Below, piece by piece: positions 27,042 to 36,399 of a stretch of DNA of 64,000 nt. Position 1 is the stretch's first letter. Each line of letters starts with the position of its first letter. Made by a program: the position numbers and the translations under genes. The DNA is from an uncultured virus (IMG/VR IMGVR_UViG_3300044701_004307) (taxonomy: Duplodnaviria > Heunggongvirae > Uroviricota > Caudoviricetes), in the IMG/VR virus record IMGVR_UViG_3300044701_004307, one strand, 5' to 3'. The notes below the pieces were generated by a model that worked only from the letters and a program-made list of their open reading frames with translations, had not been told where the DNA came from and did no database searches.

Positions 27042-28052
27042 GTGCCATTTACTGTGTCGAAACAGAGCAATTGGGAGCCCAATCGCTACATCAAGGTCCC
27101 AGTTCAGCTTGTTATGTGTGACGAATTACACGCAAATACCAAGCTTCTTCTTATCCTGCTAATGAATCAAGTAGGGTTCAGACCTGTACATATTAGTGCG
27201 ATTGATCGATGTCTGAACATACACCGTTCCACCAGGATTCGCTGCTTAACCGAACTAAGAGACTACGGCTTTATTAAGGGCTGTGAGAATCATATTATCC
27301 TGATGGATCCGGTGCCAATCCTTGATAAGCTCAGGCAGGATCGAATCAAGCTCGATACACAGATTGACGAGGCGATGGGGTTCAATGAATATTATCAAAA
27401 GATGGAAGAACGTGCCGAAGCCAAGGCCGAAGCGATCGTAATCCGCGACTTCCTCCAAGAGGCGACTGATGCCTGGAATCGCTATCGCCCCAAGGACTAT
27501 CAAAAGATTCGCCGCATGAGCGCGCAAATAATTAAATCTGTTGACATACACATGCGCGACCTAAGTGTGCCCGCACATAGCTATGAAGAATTCTTCTCGA
27601 TCCTCAAGGCTGGTGTAGAGAAGTCTGACTTTTGGTCTGCTCAAAACTCAAGCAAGACACTGCAATCAATTACTGGAGTCGGCACGCCAACAGACAAGAA
27701 GAAGTCCAATGTGTATGCCTTGTTCAATGATGGCGTCCAGGAACCGGCGCAGCCAACCGAAGAGGGAGAGCGATCTGATACAATCGTGTTCCCCGCCAAG
27801 TACCGCAAGTTGATCGACGAGTACGAGTCGGCTCAGACCCTGTACAATGAGGCTTACCGCAACCGTGCCCTGACCGACGACCATCGTAAGTACGTTGTAC
27901 GTACAGAGCAGGACCTCAAGGACGCGAAGCTCGATCCCTCCCGCTTCCGGTTCAAGTTCGGCATCCGCGACTGGCCGACGGACACTCCTGAGCCCGCTGA
28001 GTCTCGTGTTGTCAATTGGAGTTTCGATGACGAGTACGGCAATGCATACTGA
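27042..28052 (+). CDS. putative replication initiator (N-terminal winged-HTH-like region)
   Basis: KLL.I.L.......I...LNI.RST.IR.L.EL...GFI pattern; upstream of the helicase and downstream of the repeats; start uncertain. Confidence 0.6.
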   Translation: MPFTVSKQSNWEPNRYIKVPVQLVMCDELHANTKLLLILLMNQVGFRPVHISAIDRCLNIHRSTRIRCLTELRDYGFIKGCENHIILMDPVPILDKLRQDRIKLDTQIDEAMGFNEYYQKMEERAEAKAEAIVIRDFLQEATDAWNRYRPKDYQKIRRMSAQIIKSVDIHMRDLSVPAHSYEEFFSILKAGVEKSDFWSAQNSSKTLQSITGVGTPTDKKKSNVYALFNDGVQEPAQPTEEGERSDTIVFPAKYRKLIDEYESAQTLYNEAYRNRALTDDHRKYVVRTEQDLKDAKLDPSRFRFKFGIRDWPTDTPEPAESRVVNWSFDDEYGNAY

Positions 28053-29826
28053 ATTTCCCTTTTACATCCAAAAAGCCGTTGACTTGGGCCTGTTGCGTGC
28101 CGACGGCAACAAGATTATTGGCTGTGATGAGAGCGCGGCATCGAAGGCAATGGAAGTTGCCAGGATTGTTGACAAGCTACAACCGACCAGCGTCCAGGAA
28201 CGGGAGGATACTACTCCTCAAGAGGCCATCGTCCTGAACAAGGTGCTAACCTCTCCCTCTGGCGTGGCTCGCGAGCGCTGGGCCGAATTGCGCGGTGCCT
28301 TTGGTGTTGGTCATGGCCAGGGCGTCCCGATGACTTTATGGTCAGACATGCGCTTCCGCGCCATTGCACACGAGATCGACTTGACCTTTATCGGGCAGAC
28401 AAACAATCAATTGATCTCTCGGGACTCGCTGGTCGCCAGTTACAGCATGAGATGTGACAGCTCTCGCATCGTCACAGTCCTTGACTTCAATCAAGCGATC
28501 TTTGAGCTGTCCGGCCCCGAGTTGATGGATGAGTACGGCGATGGGAACGCCGAATGGGGCACCTCCCTGGACGTGCTCAAACAATTCCGCGTGCGCTCGC
28601 TGTACCTGGAAACACTGCACGTTGCCAAGCAGAATATCAAGGCTGACGCCAAACTGGAAGAAGCCTTGGAGTTCCTGCAGAAAAGGGCAATGGAAGGTGT
28701 CGCCATGATTCGCGGCACTATCGGCTCACAGGGCCAAGCGGTCGATGCTGTTGATTCTATTATCGGGGCTCCGCAGGGTCATCGTCAGAACTGGATCGAC
28801 CGCCTAAGCTCCACCGAGCAGATCGAGCGCCCGGTATCTACTGGGTTTCCATCGGTTGACCTCGACATTTGTGGAGGTGTTTCCAGGCCCAAAATCAATT
28901 CACCCGTCGGTGGGCGTCTATTTACTTTTGCTGCTCGCACCTCGACCGGCAAGACTGCTTGTGCTGCGCATATCGCGACGTCACTTGTAGCTGGGGGCTT
29001 GACAGTTGGCTTTATCTCAGCGGAACTTGATTCCATAGCGATCGAAGCAAGACTGTTTTCATCCCTTAGTCGCAAGGTCTTTGGCCTTCAGGGCTACCAC
29101 TGGACTGCGACAGAGGACAGGCTGGGCTACATCACCGTAATGGAACTCCAGAATCCAATTAGGGAACGGCGCCAAGGCATTGCAAATCTGCTGGGTCATC
29201 TTGCGGGCGCCATTCAGGACATCGGCGGTCGGCTCCTGGTTGAGGCGCCCTGGGGGGCATGCGTTGATGCGGCTATTAACTCCATGCGCTCCATGAAAGC
29301 TCGTCACCCAGAACTGCGAGCCGTAGTGCTGGATCACTTTCATAGCTTGACTCGCCACAAGGGAGCACCACATGGTGACGCATCCATGCTTGAAGAGCGT
29401 GCTTACAAGCTGATGGGCGCCGCCAAGGAGTTAGGTATTGACCTATTCGTCATGGCACAAATGAACCAGGTGGGCATCAAGGCCGAAGCCCTGAACAAAA
29501 GTGATGCGCCTCCCCCTCCCCCCACGCAGGATCAAATTCGTGGTACTGACGCCCTGAGTCATGTCTCGCATGCCGTCTGGCTCGTGCGCCGACAAAAACA
29601 ATTGTCGGGAGAACCGTCATCCCAAAAAATTGAGGTTTGGCACTCTAAAACACGGGAGGGTCAAGCATTTTGGGAATCCTCCGGGTTTGATGATCACCTA
29701 AGCATAATCCAGGGAGGGCAAATAGAGAAATCAATTATCCAGATTGATTACTCAACTTGTACCCTAAAAGCTGACGATACCTTGCAACATCCACTGATTC
29801 TAAAGAGCCGCAAGTACGAGCCATGA
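28042..29826 (+). CDS. dnaB: DnaB-like replicative helicase
   Basis: STGF..VD....GG, Walker A ARTSTGKT, FISAE, Walker B VVLDH, AQMN, K.R.G. Confidence 0.85.
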   Translation: MHTEFPFYIQKAVDLGLLRADGNKIIGCDESAASKAMEVARIVDKLQPTSVQEREDTTPQEAIVLNKVLTSPSGVARERWAELRGAFGVGHGQGVPMTLWSDMRFRAIAHEIDLTFIGQTNNQLISRDSLVASYSMRCDSSRIVTVLDFNQAIFELSGPELMDEYGDGNAEWGTSLDVLKQFRVRSLYLETLHVAKQNIKADAKLEEALEFLQKRAMEGVAMIRGTIGSQGQAVDAVDSIIGAPQGHRQNWIDRLSSTEQIERPVSTGFPSVDLDICGGVSRPKINSPVGGRLFTFAARTSTGKTACAAHIATSLVAGGLTVGFISAELDSIAIEARLFSSLSRKVFGLQGYHWTATEDRLGYITVMELQNPIRERRQGIANLLGHLAGAIQDIGGRLLVEAPWGACVDAAINSMRSMKARHPELRAVVLDHFHSLTRHKGAPHGDASMLEERAYKLMGAAKELGIDLFVMAQMNQVGIKAEALNKSDAPPPPPTQDQIRGTDALSHVSHAVWLVRRQKQLSGEPSSQKIEVWHSKTREGQAFWESSGFDDHLSIIQGGQIEKSIIQIDYSTCTLKADDTLQHPLILKSRKYEP

Positions 29827-30257
29827 AGGAACTTCTGTTCAGGACTACTGGCGTTGTTATTGGTTCTCTGATTTCCGCCAATACTTTTGTTGGGAATACA
29901 GCCATCGCTCTGATTGCTTTTGTTTCCAATGCAATCAATGAAGTGTTTCGGGCTGTCGGCAAATGGTTGATGCATGGCATTGATTCCGAGCGCCTTGAGC
30001 ATATTGAGCTCGCCCAGGATCAGTATGATGACTTGACTGAATTGAACCTGCTCATGCAGGCCAACCGCGTCAAGGAAGACGCGATGCGCAGCCGAGTGTG
30101 GACCATGGTACACACCATGGCAATTAACAGGATTGGCTCGGCGCTGCACAATAATTGTGGATGGGAGCCGGTTCGGATCCATGGCTACCTACGCCAAGTT
30201 GTCGAAAGCATTCCGGGCATGATTTACAGCGCCGGTGACGAATACGAAGACGAATAA
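29823..30257 (+). CDS. hypothetical protein
   Basis: ATGA coupling to the helicase. Confidence 0.6.
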   Translation: MKELLFRTTGVVIGSLISANTFVGNTAIALIAFVSNAINEVFRAVGKWLMHGIDSERLEHIELAQDQYDDLTELNLLMQANRVKEDAMRSRVWTMVHTMAINRIGSALHNNCGWEPVRIHGYLRQVVESIPGMIYSAGDEYEDE

Positions 30258-30306
30258 TCTGCTATACTGAGATCGGCCCTGGGGAGGACCGACGTTAGAC
30301 GAGAGG

Positions 30307-30531
30307 CTACGGCTTTTCGTCTTTCGTTGTGTTTAGGGATCTTACCACTCCACCGTGCTTGATGAACATGCCAATGCTTGGCCCTGACTCGAATAGTGGG
30401 CGTACGTAATACATCAATTCGCCGGTCGCTGGATCGATGTGCTGAGTAGGGGGCAGGGCGATGCCGGTCGAAATGATTCTGTGACCATCGAATGCATACC
30501 CTGGCAAGTATCCGAGGATTGCTTGGGTCAT
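30307..30531 (-). CDS. hypothetical protein
   Basis: ATGA coupling to the endolysin. Confidence 0.5.
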   Translation of the reverse strand: MTQAILGYLPGYAFDGHRIISTGIALPPTQHIDPATGELMYYVRPLFESGPSIGMFIKHGGVVRSLNTTKDEKP

Positions 30532-31631
30532 TTTTCAATAATCCACAGCCAGCCATCGGCCTTAGAAGCGATCAGCCAGCGCTTCATCAAGTTGGCACGA
30601 GTGTAGCGAACATTTTTGCCGTCCTCAGGCCCTGCATTGGGGTAGCCACCATTGATAAGATCGAGTTCGCCGAATGGATCATGAACATGAAAAAATTTCT
30701 CGTCATATCCAATCAAGGTGATCCAATGGCCACCACCAGTTGGTTTTGCAATATTGCCTTTATGCAAAATGCCAATCGGAACAGCAATGCCCCGATCTAG
30801 CAGGCTACAGAGCAATTTCTCTGTACCATCCTGCCTGAATTGAGCAGTTAACCCCAGCGACTCAAGAGCTTTTTGATGCGCCGACTGAGAAACAGTATCG
30901 CCATAGCGATTTACGACTGACAGGTAGCTATCGTCATCTCCTACAATTTTGGGGTCAATTTGCTCAATGCGCATTGCGATTGCGCTGCTTTGACACATGC
31001 GCCCACCCTGACTGCCCTTGCTATTGCGCTGCCAGAAATAGGGGACGCTAAGAGGGGATTTTGACCCGGGTTGGGCCGGCTGTGAACTGGGCTTGGCTGC
31101 TTTCAGGCGCCAAGCATCTGTAAAGAGCTTGCGCTGCTCTGGGGTTAGGCTATTCTGCAAGTCCTGGAAAGCCTTGACTTCTTGCGGCTTTCCGCTGAAG
31201 TACTTAACGGCATCGATCAGGCTGGCGTCCCGGCTCTGTTGAGACATTAGTCGTATTAGCTTTTCAGCATAGTTGGGGTCAGTAGCATAACCTTCCGAGA
31301 CCAGCATTTTTGCGGCTAGCTCTGCGCTGGCGGCATTGTTCACTCCTTTGTAGCCATCAAAATCCTTGTACCACCTGTCAACCAGGTATTTAATGCAGTT
31401 TTCGACGGAGTCAAAATCAAGAAAGCTATCTTGAATAAGTACTGGTTTATTATTAATATATTCTGTTGTGGTCTTTTTCTTTCCTGGCCCCTTAAGACCT
31501 GCAATATTATTCTTGCCGGAAACTTTTGTTCCTCTCGCGCTTTCCAGTGTCCACTGCGCAACTACAAGTTCTGGGAATTTTGCGCCAGCAAAAAGTGCCG
31601 TGTTATAAATATACTCTTCTGATTCAATCAC
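30528..31631 (-). CDS. endolysin: GH73 glucosaminidase-like domain plus C39-like peptidase
   Basis: AQW.LES..G...NN..GLK and GYATDP.Y; VPYF.Q, C..SS, GGHW, HDP. Confidence 0.85.
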   Translation of the reverse strand: MIESEEYIYNTALFAGAKFPELVVAQWTLESARGTKVSGKNNIAGLKGPGKKKTTTEYINNKPVLIQDSFLDFDSVENCIKYLVDRWYKDFDGYKGVNNAASAELAAKMLVSEGYATDPNYAEKLIRLMSQQSRDASLIDAVKYFSGKPQEVKAFQDLQNSLTPEQRKLFTDAWRLKAAKPSSQPAQPGSKSPLSVPYFWQRNSKGSQGGRMCQSSAIAMRIEQIDPKIVGDDDSYLSVVNRYGDTVSQSAHQKALESLGLTAQFRQDGTEKLLCSLLDRGIAVPIGILHKGNIAKPTGGGHWITLIGYDEKFFHVHDPFGELDLINGGYPNAGPEDGKNVRYTRANLMKRWLIASKADGWLWIIEK

Positions 31632-31635
31632 CTAA

Positions 31636-32007
31636 TCACGGAGACTTGACGGGCTCTATTGTTCCGGAATAGGGGACGTGGATCGGGGCGGGGGTAGAGA
31701 TCGTCTTCGGCCTAGCCTTTTCGACAACCTGCTCTTTTGCTATGATCCAGGTCACTGCTACCGCCAAAAAAGGAAGAGCAAAATCTTTCACTAACGCTGT
31801 TAGTGCTGATGCTGCTCCAGTCGCTGAAGACGTAGAATTTTCCAAGGCATTTTGACGCGTTTCAAGTGCGTCAATTCTGGTATGAATATCCTTGATGGCA
31901 ACCTGGAAATTGCCAAGGCTGGACATCATTGTCTCCAGGAGCGCTTCCATGCGCCCCAGCTTGTGATACAAGTCGACGTGTGATACCGGCGTCTCGTTGT
32001 CTATCAT
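31636..32007 (-). CDS. coiled-coil protein with a C-terminal hydrophobic segment (holin-like?)
   Basis: Adjacent to the endolysin; one TM-like stretch. Confidence 0.5.
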   Translation of the reverse strand: MIDNETPVSHVDLYHKLGRMEALLETMMSSLGNFQVAIKDIHTRIDALETRQNALENSTSSATGAASALTALVKDFALPFLAVAVTWIIAKEQVVEKARPKTISTPAPIHVPYSGTIEPVKSP

Positions 32008-32008
32008 T

Positions 32009-32284
32009 TCAATCCTTGAACGCCTTGTAGGCCGCCACTATGGGGGAGTAAAGGCTAACAACAGTCGCGATCTGTTCAACGGTAGGCTTATCTCCCGTGG
32101 CTTTTTGCACAGCCCGACCAATTAACTCTTCAACTTCGTGCCCAGTTACAACACCAATAAGGGCAGGAATTTGAGAATCGATATCGTCAAAAATAATTGG
32201 CAAAACAGTTTCAAGCTTGGCCTTAGGCTGTTCAGCCTTTTTCTTGCCAAATAGAATTGCCAGAATTTGAATTAGTTTTTTCAT
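32009..32284 (-). CDS. hypothetical protein
   Basis: 91 aa in the lysis cluster. Confidence 0.55.
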   Translation of the reverse strand: MKKLIQILAILFGKKKAEQPKAKLETVLPIIFDDIDSQIPALIGVVTGHEVEELIGRAVQKATGDKPTVEQIATVVSLYSPIVAAYKAFKD

Positions 32285-32562
32285 TGGTTTTCATCCGTGG
32301 TAGGGCGAGCGTTGCGTGTAGTGCGGCGAGCCTGAGATGAGCCGCCACCAATTGGGGACTCAGCCAGCCAGGCAAGCAAGGTTCCAGGGATCGCAGTTGC
32401 TGCTCCCCTGATCTCACTCCGCTGTGGATCGCATGTCCCGGGGCGCTTTGATTCGCAGGCCACCAGGTCTACAATCACAACCGAGCCCCAGGCCGCATAG
32501 CAGACCAGGACAGATCGAATGATCAGACCAGCGAAGGGATGATCCACGACTCGGGGAAGCAC
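32281..32562 (-). CDS. small membrane protein (lysis cluster)
   Basis: Hydrophobic N-terminal segment; GTG start 3 nt after GGAAGACTAA. Confidence 0.55.
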   Translation of the reverse strand: MLPRVVDHPFAGLIIRSVLVCYAAWGSVVIVDLVACESKRPGTCDPQRSEIRGAATAIPGTLLAWLAESPIGGGSSQARRTTRNARPTTDENQ

Positions 32563-32579
32563 CCCTTAGTCTTCCGCAA

Positions 32580-32888
32580 TCAGCGCTTCTTGGGAGACTT
32601 GCGCGTGCCTTTGCCGGGCGCCAGTCGTGGCTGCTTGCCGTGGCCGTTCCTGGCACGATTTTTGGTCGAATCTTCGAGCTTGAATCCGCCGCCAGCAACA
32701 TGGCTTACGTCAGGACCGCCCTTGCCCATCACGCCGCGAGCCCTTCTTTCACGGGCTAGCTCGGCGCGATACTCCTTGCGATCTGGCTTGGCATTCCGCT
32801 GCTTATCATAAGCCAGCTTCTTTTTGTATGCCTCTGGGTTGGAAGCGTAATAATCAGCGCTTGAACGCTTTTTCTTCTTGTCTGCCAT
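32580..32888 (-). CDS. basic protein with an HNH-like remnant
   Basis: DVSH..GG....E....NRARN pattern. Confidence 0.6.
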   Translation of the reverse strand: MADKKKKRSSADYYASNPEAYKKKLAYDKQRNAKPDRKEYRAELARERRARGVMGKGGPDVSHVAGGGFKLEDSTKNRARNGHGKQPRLAPGKGTRKSPKKR

Positions 32889-32990
32889 CTCAGCGCTTCC
32901 CAGTACCTTTCTTCGGCGCCTTTGACTTGGGTGGCTTTGCTTGGGTGGGCTTCTTTGTCATGGCAGCCTGAATGCGAGAAAGAGGCATGA

Positions 32991-33176
32991 CTACAGCGGA
33001 CTACCGTCTCGATTGAGTTGGCCGGGCTCGTACCCGGGCTCACCTAGACTTCCATCTGAAACAGGGTCTGTAATAGCGCGGCGCTGAATTTTGGGATGGC
33101 GCCCGGAAAAGTCCGCGTCCAGATTGGTCCCGTCTTCCAGGATTCTGGGACCAACAGTGTACTCGAATTCAACCAT
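32991..33176 (-). CDS. hypothetical protein
   Basis: 61 aa; coupled to the upstream gene. Confidence 0.5.
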   Translation of the reverse strand: MVEFEYTVGPRILEDGTNLDADFSGRHPKIQRRAITDPVSDGSLGEPGYEPGQLNRDGSPL

Positions 33177-33570
33177 TAGCCAGTTCGCGACAGGCCTTCA
33201 CCAGTTCGGCCTTGAGTGCATTATTGGGAAGGTCAACGCCACGGCGCATGGCATATTCAAGCAGTTCAGGCTTCGTCATGAATTCGAAATCGGGCAGGTC
33301 TTCGGTGCCCTTCGGCTCGGCTTCATTCGTGGGGCCTTCGACCACTTCTACTTCAATCTTCTCGACCGGTTCAGGCGCTGAAGTCGGCGCCTCTACGCGA
33401 GGGGGAGCGGGGGCAGGCTTGGTGGTTTTGGCTGGCTTCGTTGCCGCTGCTTGTTTCTCTTCCTCAGGCCGCCAACCACTTGCGGTCAGGTCCCGAGCAT
33501 CAGCCGTATAGTATACAGCCCGGCGCTTGCCGTCTTTTACGTAATACTTGGGATAGCCGTGAAGATGCAT
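33169..33570 (-). CDS. protein with a C-terminal HeH/SAP-like motif
   Basis: MTKPELLEYA...GVDL....LKAELV; Pro/Ala/Glu linker. Confidence 0.65.
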   Translation of the reverse strand: MHLHGYPKYYVKDGKRRAVYYTADARDLTASGWRPEEEKQAAATKPAKTTKPAPAPPRVEAPTSAPEPVEKIEVEVVEGPTNEAEPKGTEDLPDFEFMTKPELLEYAMRRGVDLPNNALKAELVKACRELANG

Positions 33571-33701
33571 GGTCCTGACTGGTCAGCCCTATAGTTTGCC
33601 GAGCAAAAGATTTAGGCGATACCAAATCCACTGAAGGGGATCAACTGCTTGAGCCAATATCCTTGATGGCTACTCAATTCGACACATTAAAAATGCCCAA
33701 A

Positions 33702-34367
33702 TCAACAGTCCCATCTCCTAAGTAAATTGCTATAGCTGCGGCTGATCAGATCAAACACTTCGTCTTTGCCACTGCGCTCGAACAGGGCCCTCTGCGCTGT
33801 ATCAAGATCGAACAAGAGTTCCCGCTGCTCGGCATGGCGAATCCGACTTTCGATCCAGCCTACTGCCACCAAGCGCTGTCCTTCTGTCACCGGTTCCACC
33901 CTGTGAAGCATAGTGCTCGGGTACACAATGGCGTGACCGATCGGTAGTCGGAATGATTCCTCATCATTTGGCGATTCGAGCACTAATGCGCCACCTTTGT
34001 ATGTGCTGGGATCGCTCAAGGCAAGCGTAAAAGACAGGTCAGTGCGACCATTGGCCATCCAGGGATTATCAACATGTTTTCCGTATCCCTCTCCTGCCTC
34101 GCAGCGACTGAAAAGCATGCTATGAATTCGACGCGGAAAAGCTGCTCCCTGGACAAAGGGATGCCGCCCAAGTCGACTTTGTAGATTGACGGCTAACTCT
34201 TGGTAGAGTGCGCTTCCTGAATTGAGCTGCTGATTATTTTTAACCTTGCGGGCATGCCATCCAGCGGTTTCAACCCCGGGGCGCCAATCAGCTTCCGGCC
34301 CCTGAAGGCGCTCGCGAATCTCTTCACACTCCGTCTCGCTCAACAATGGTCCAATTACAAAGCGCAT
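33702..34367 (-). CDS. PKHD-type (PiuC/YbiX-like) Fe(II)/2-oxoglutarate hydroxylase
   Basis: TAG..A..VKNN.Q, YG.HVDN, RTDLSFT, YPS..LH.V.PVT.G.R..AVGWIES, NLLR.W. Confidence 0.9.
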   Translation of the reverse strand: MRFVIGPLLSETECEEIRERLQGPEADWRPGVETAGWHARKVKNNQQLNSGSALYQELAVNLQSRLGRHPFVQGAAFPRRIHSMLFSRCEAGEGYGKHVDNPWMANGRTDLSFTLALSDPSTYKGGALVLESPNDEESFRLPIGHAIVYPSTMLHRVEPVTEGQRLVAVGWIESRIRHAEQRELLFDLDTAQRALFERSGKDEVFDLISRSYSNLLRRWDC

Positions 34368-34425
34368 AAAATAAATATCAGTACGGTGTCGTACTCTAGC
34401 ATTTACTGCGCGATAGTTTACCACT

Positions 34426-34452
34426 AAAAAAGCCCCGCTGAAGCAGGGCTTT
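34426..34452 (-). terminator. rho-independent terminator
   Basis: agccctgct/agcggggct-type stem plus a U-tract on the minus strand. Confidence 0.7.
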
Positions 34453-34470
34453 CAAAGCTAGCCGATGGAC

Positions 34471-34869
34471 TCAGCCGACGTTTTCGACGGCATCCAGATA
34501 GACAGAGAAGCCAGTGATGGAGGCATCGGGCGTGCCGCCTTCGCCACCAACGTAGTTGTAGAACACGTTACGGCGACCTTCCCACAGTGCGCCACGCACG
34601 TGGTCGATATACACGCCGTTCTCGTCCGAGTTGGCAAGCTCGGAAGAGGTAACCGTGAAGAACACTGCGTTGCCGTCATCGGCGTCCTTGAATTGAATTT
34701 CGGCATCGCTGCCGCCAACGGTCTGGACCACGGTGGCGTCAAGAACAACGACACGAATGGTTTTGATGCGGCCGAGATCAGTGCCAAGATCCTTGGCAGT
34801 GGTTTCCAGCTTGGTATTGGCGTCAAGGAAAAAGCCTTCCCGACGGCCGTAATCAGCGCGAGCGCCCAT
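34471..34869 (-). CDS. putative virion protein (capsid decoration/cement-like)
   Basis: Strong GGAG RBS, capsid-like codon usage, own promoter motif and terminator; R.GF.LDA N-terminus. Confidence 0.55.
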   Translation of the reverse strand: MGARADYGRREGFFLDANTKLETTAKDLGTDLGRIKTIRVVVLDATVVQTVGGSDAEIQFKDADDGNAVFFTVTSSELANSDENGVYIDHVRGALWEGRRNVFYNYVGGEGGTPDASITGFSVYLDAVENVG

Positions 34870-35262
34870 GATAAAACTCCTAGTAACAGGTGTGAACGAC
34901 GTGCCTCGTAGAGTTCAGGCCCCGTCAGATTAGTTTGCCAACGATAGACCATTCCTTGTATTTTTTTATTCGACAGTTGCCGATTCCTCATCAATAAGTC
35001 GCTTGGCTTCGCGACGGGCGGCCTTGTGGTATTGACGCCGCTCCCAGGCCTTAGTGCCCGGGTGCAAATGAATATATGAGCCGTTAACACCATCACTGGG
35101 CATGCTCCAGGGATCTAGGCCGCCGATAGTTTTACGAAAGGCTGTCATGGCAATAACTGGGTCACTAATTGGTATGGTTCCACGATGGCTAGAGACCATC
35201 ATGGCTGTAGAGCATCGGATCGGTACTTGGCGATACTCGTAACCGTAACAGTTTTTATTCGT

Positions 35263-36339
35263 TCAACAATTCAGTTCGTACCAACCCTTGCGGTGCAGCC
35301 CATTGATTTGACGAAAGATCTTGTCGTAACGACGTCCGCAGGCCTCCAGGGACCATTTGGCGCGAGCGATATCTGCAATCACACGGCGGTCCAGCTCGCC
35401 CACCGCATGGATGCTGTCGATCCAGTCCTGCAGGGTGTGGCAGCGGTAGCCGCTGACACCCTCGACGACGGTTTCGGTCATGGCGCCGTAATCCACGGCC
35501 ACCACCGGTGTGCCGCACAGCATGGCTTCCACCGCCATGCCGCAGAAGGGCTCGGTGAAGACGGTGGGCGCCAGCAGGGCCCGAGCGTTGCGCAGGAACT
35601 CGGAACGCGCCTTGCCTGCGATGGGGCCTCGGTACTCAATGTTGGGATGCGCCCAGGGTGATGGATCGCCTTGACCATGCAGTACAATCGGCCACGGGCT
35701 GTGGTCGGCAATCGCCTTGATGGTGTCGATGCCCTTGAGCGGGGTGATGCGGCCTAGAAACGCCAAGTACTGCCCCGGCTCGTAGCTGGGCTCCCAGTCG
35801 TCGAGGTCGTAGTAGTTGGGGACGACCCATTCGTAGTTTTTGCCATTGCGGCCTTCCTTGCCCTGGTGGTAGTGCATCCAGGCGTAGGACTCAAAGATGC
35901 GGAAGCTATCCGGCATCAACGTGGGGTAACCGATGCCGGTTTCAACATGCTGATGGCGAGGAAACTCAGCCATGAGCTGCTGGTGCGCGTGGCCGAACGG
36001 GTGGCAGACGATGTCCTGCGGCTGGAGTCGTTCCCGCAACGCAGGGATTAGGCGTGACTCAAAGAGTTGATGGCCGGTGCTGCCAAGAGTAGCGTCATTG
36101 CCATGAAAGTCGGTTTCGCTGCGGCTATAGAGCGCTCCAAATTCAGCGGCGCCGAGCATCATCACATGCTCGTCAGCACTCGACTCAGAGCCCTCGTTGC
36201 TATATTCGATGACGGTGTAGCCCTGCGTCCGCATCATGTGCGGAAAACGGAGGGCCTTACCAGTGAACGCGCAATGGCTGTAAGCCTGAGTGTGCTGCGT
36301 GTGGAAGATGCCGACGAGATGCAGGTGAGGTTTGGTCAT
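35263..36339 (-). CDS. GT-B (GT4-like) glycosyltransferase
   Basis: FLGRI...KG and EPFCGMAVEAMLCGTPVVA (E-x7-E motif). Confidence 0.9.
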   Translation of the reverse strand: MTKPHLHLVGIFHTQHTQAYSHCAFTGKALRFPHMMRTQGYTVIEYSNEGSESSADEHVMMLGAAEFGALYSRSETDFHGNDATLGSTGHQLFESRLIPALRERLQPQDIVCHPFGHAHQQLMAEFPRHQHVETGIGYPTLMPDSFRIFESYAWMHYHQGKEGRNGKNYEWVVPNYYDLDDWEPSYEPGQYLAFLGRITPLKGIDTIKAIADHSPWPIVLHGQGDPSPWAHPNIEYRGPIAGKARSEFLRNARALLAPTVFTEPFCGMAVEAMLCGTPVVAVDYGAMTETVVEGVSGYRCHTLQDWIDSIHAVGELDRRVIADIARAKWSLEACGRRYDKIFRQINGLHRKGWYELNC

Positions 36340-36399
36340 ACTTGGTAAGCGTCATGACAGTATAAGTGCCATCAACCCCAAAAGTATTTGAGACATTAA

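Noticed and set aside
26952..28041. ORF-track starts at 26952 (initiator) and 27895 (helicase)
   Set aside because: The first runs into the repeat array and the second overlaps the upstream gene by over 150 nt. Starts near 27042 and 28042 fit better.
33702..36339. DNA hypermodification pair (TET/JBP-like oxygenase plus glycosyltransferase)
   Set aside because: The oxygenase has PiuC/YbiX-type motifs rather than TET/JBP. No methyltransferase or modified-base synthesis genes were seen, and the genes lie in the structural region.
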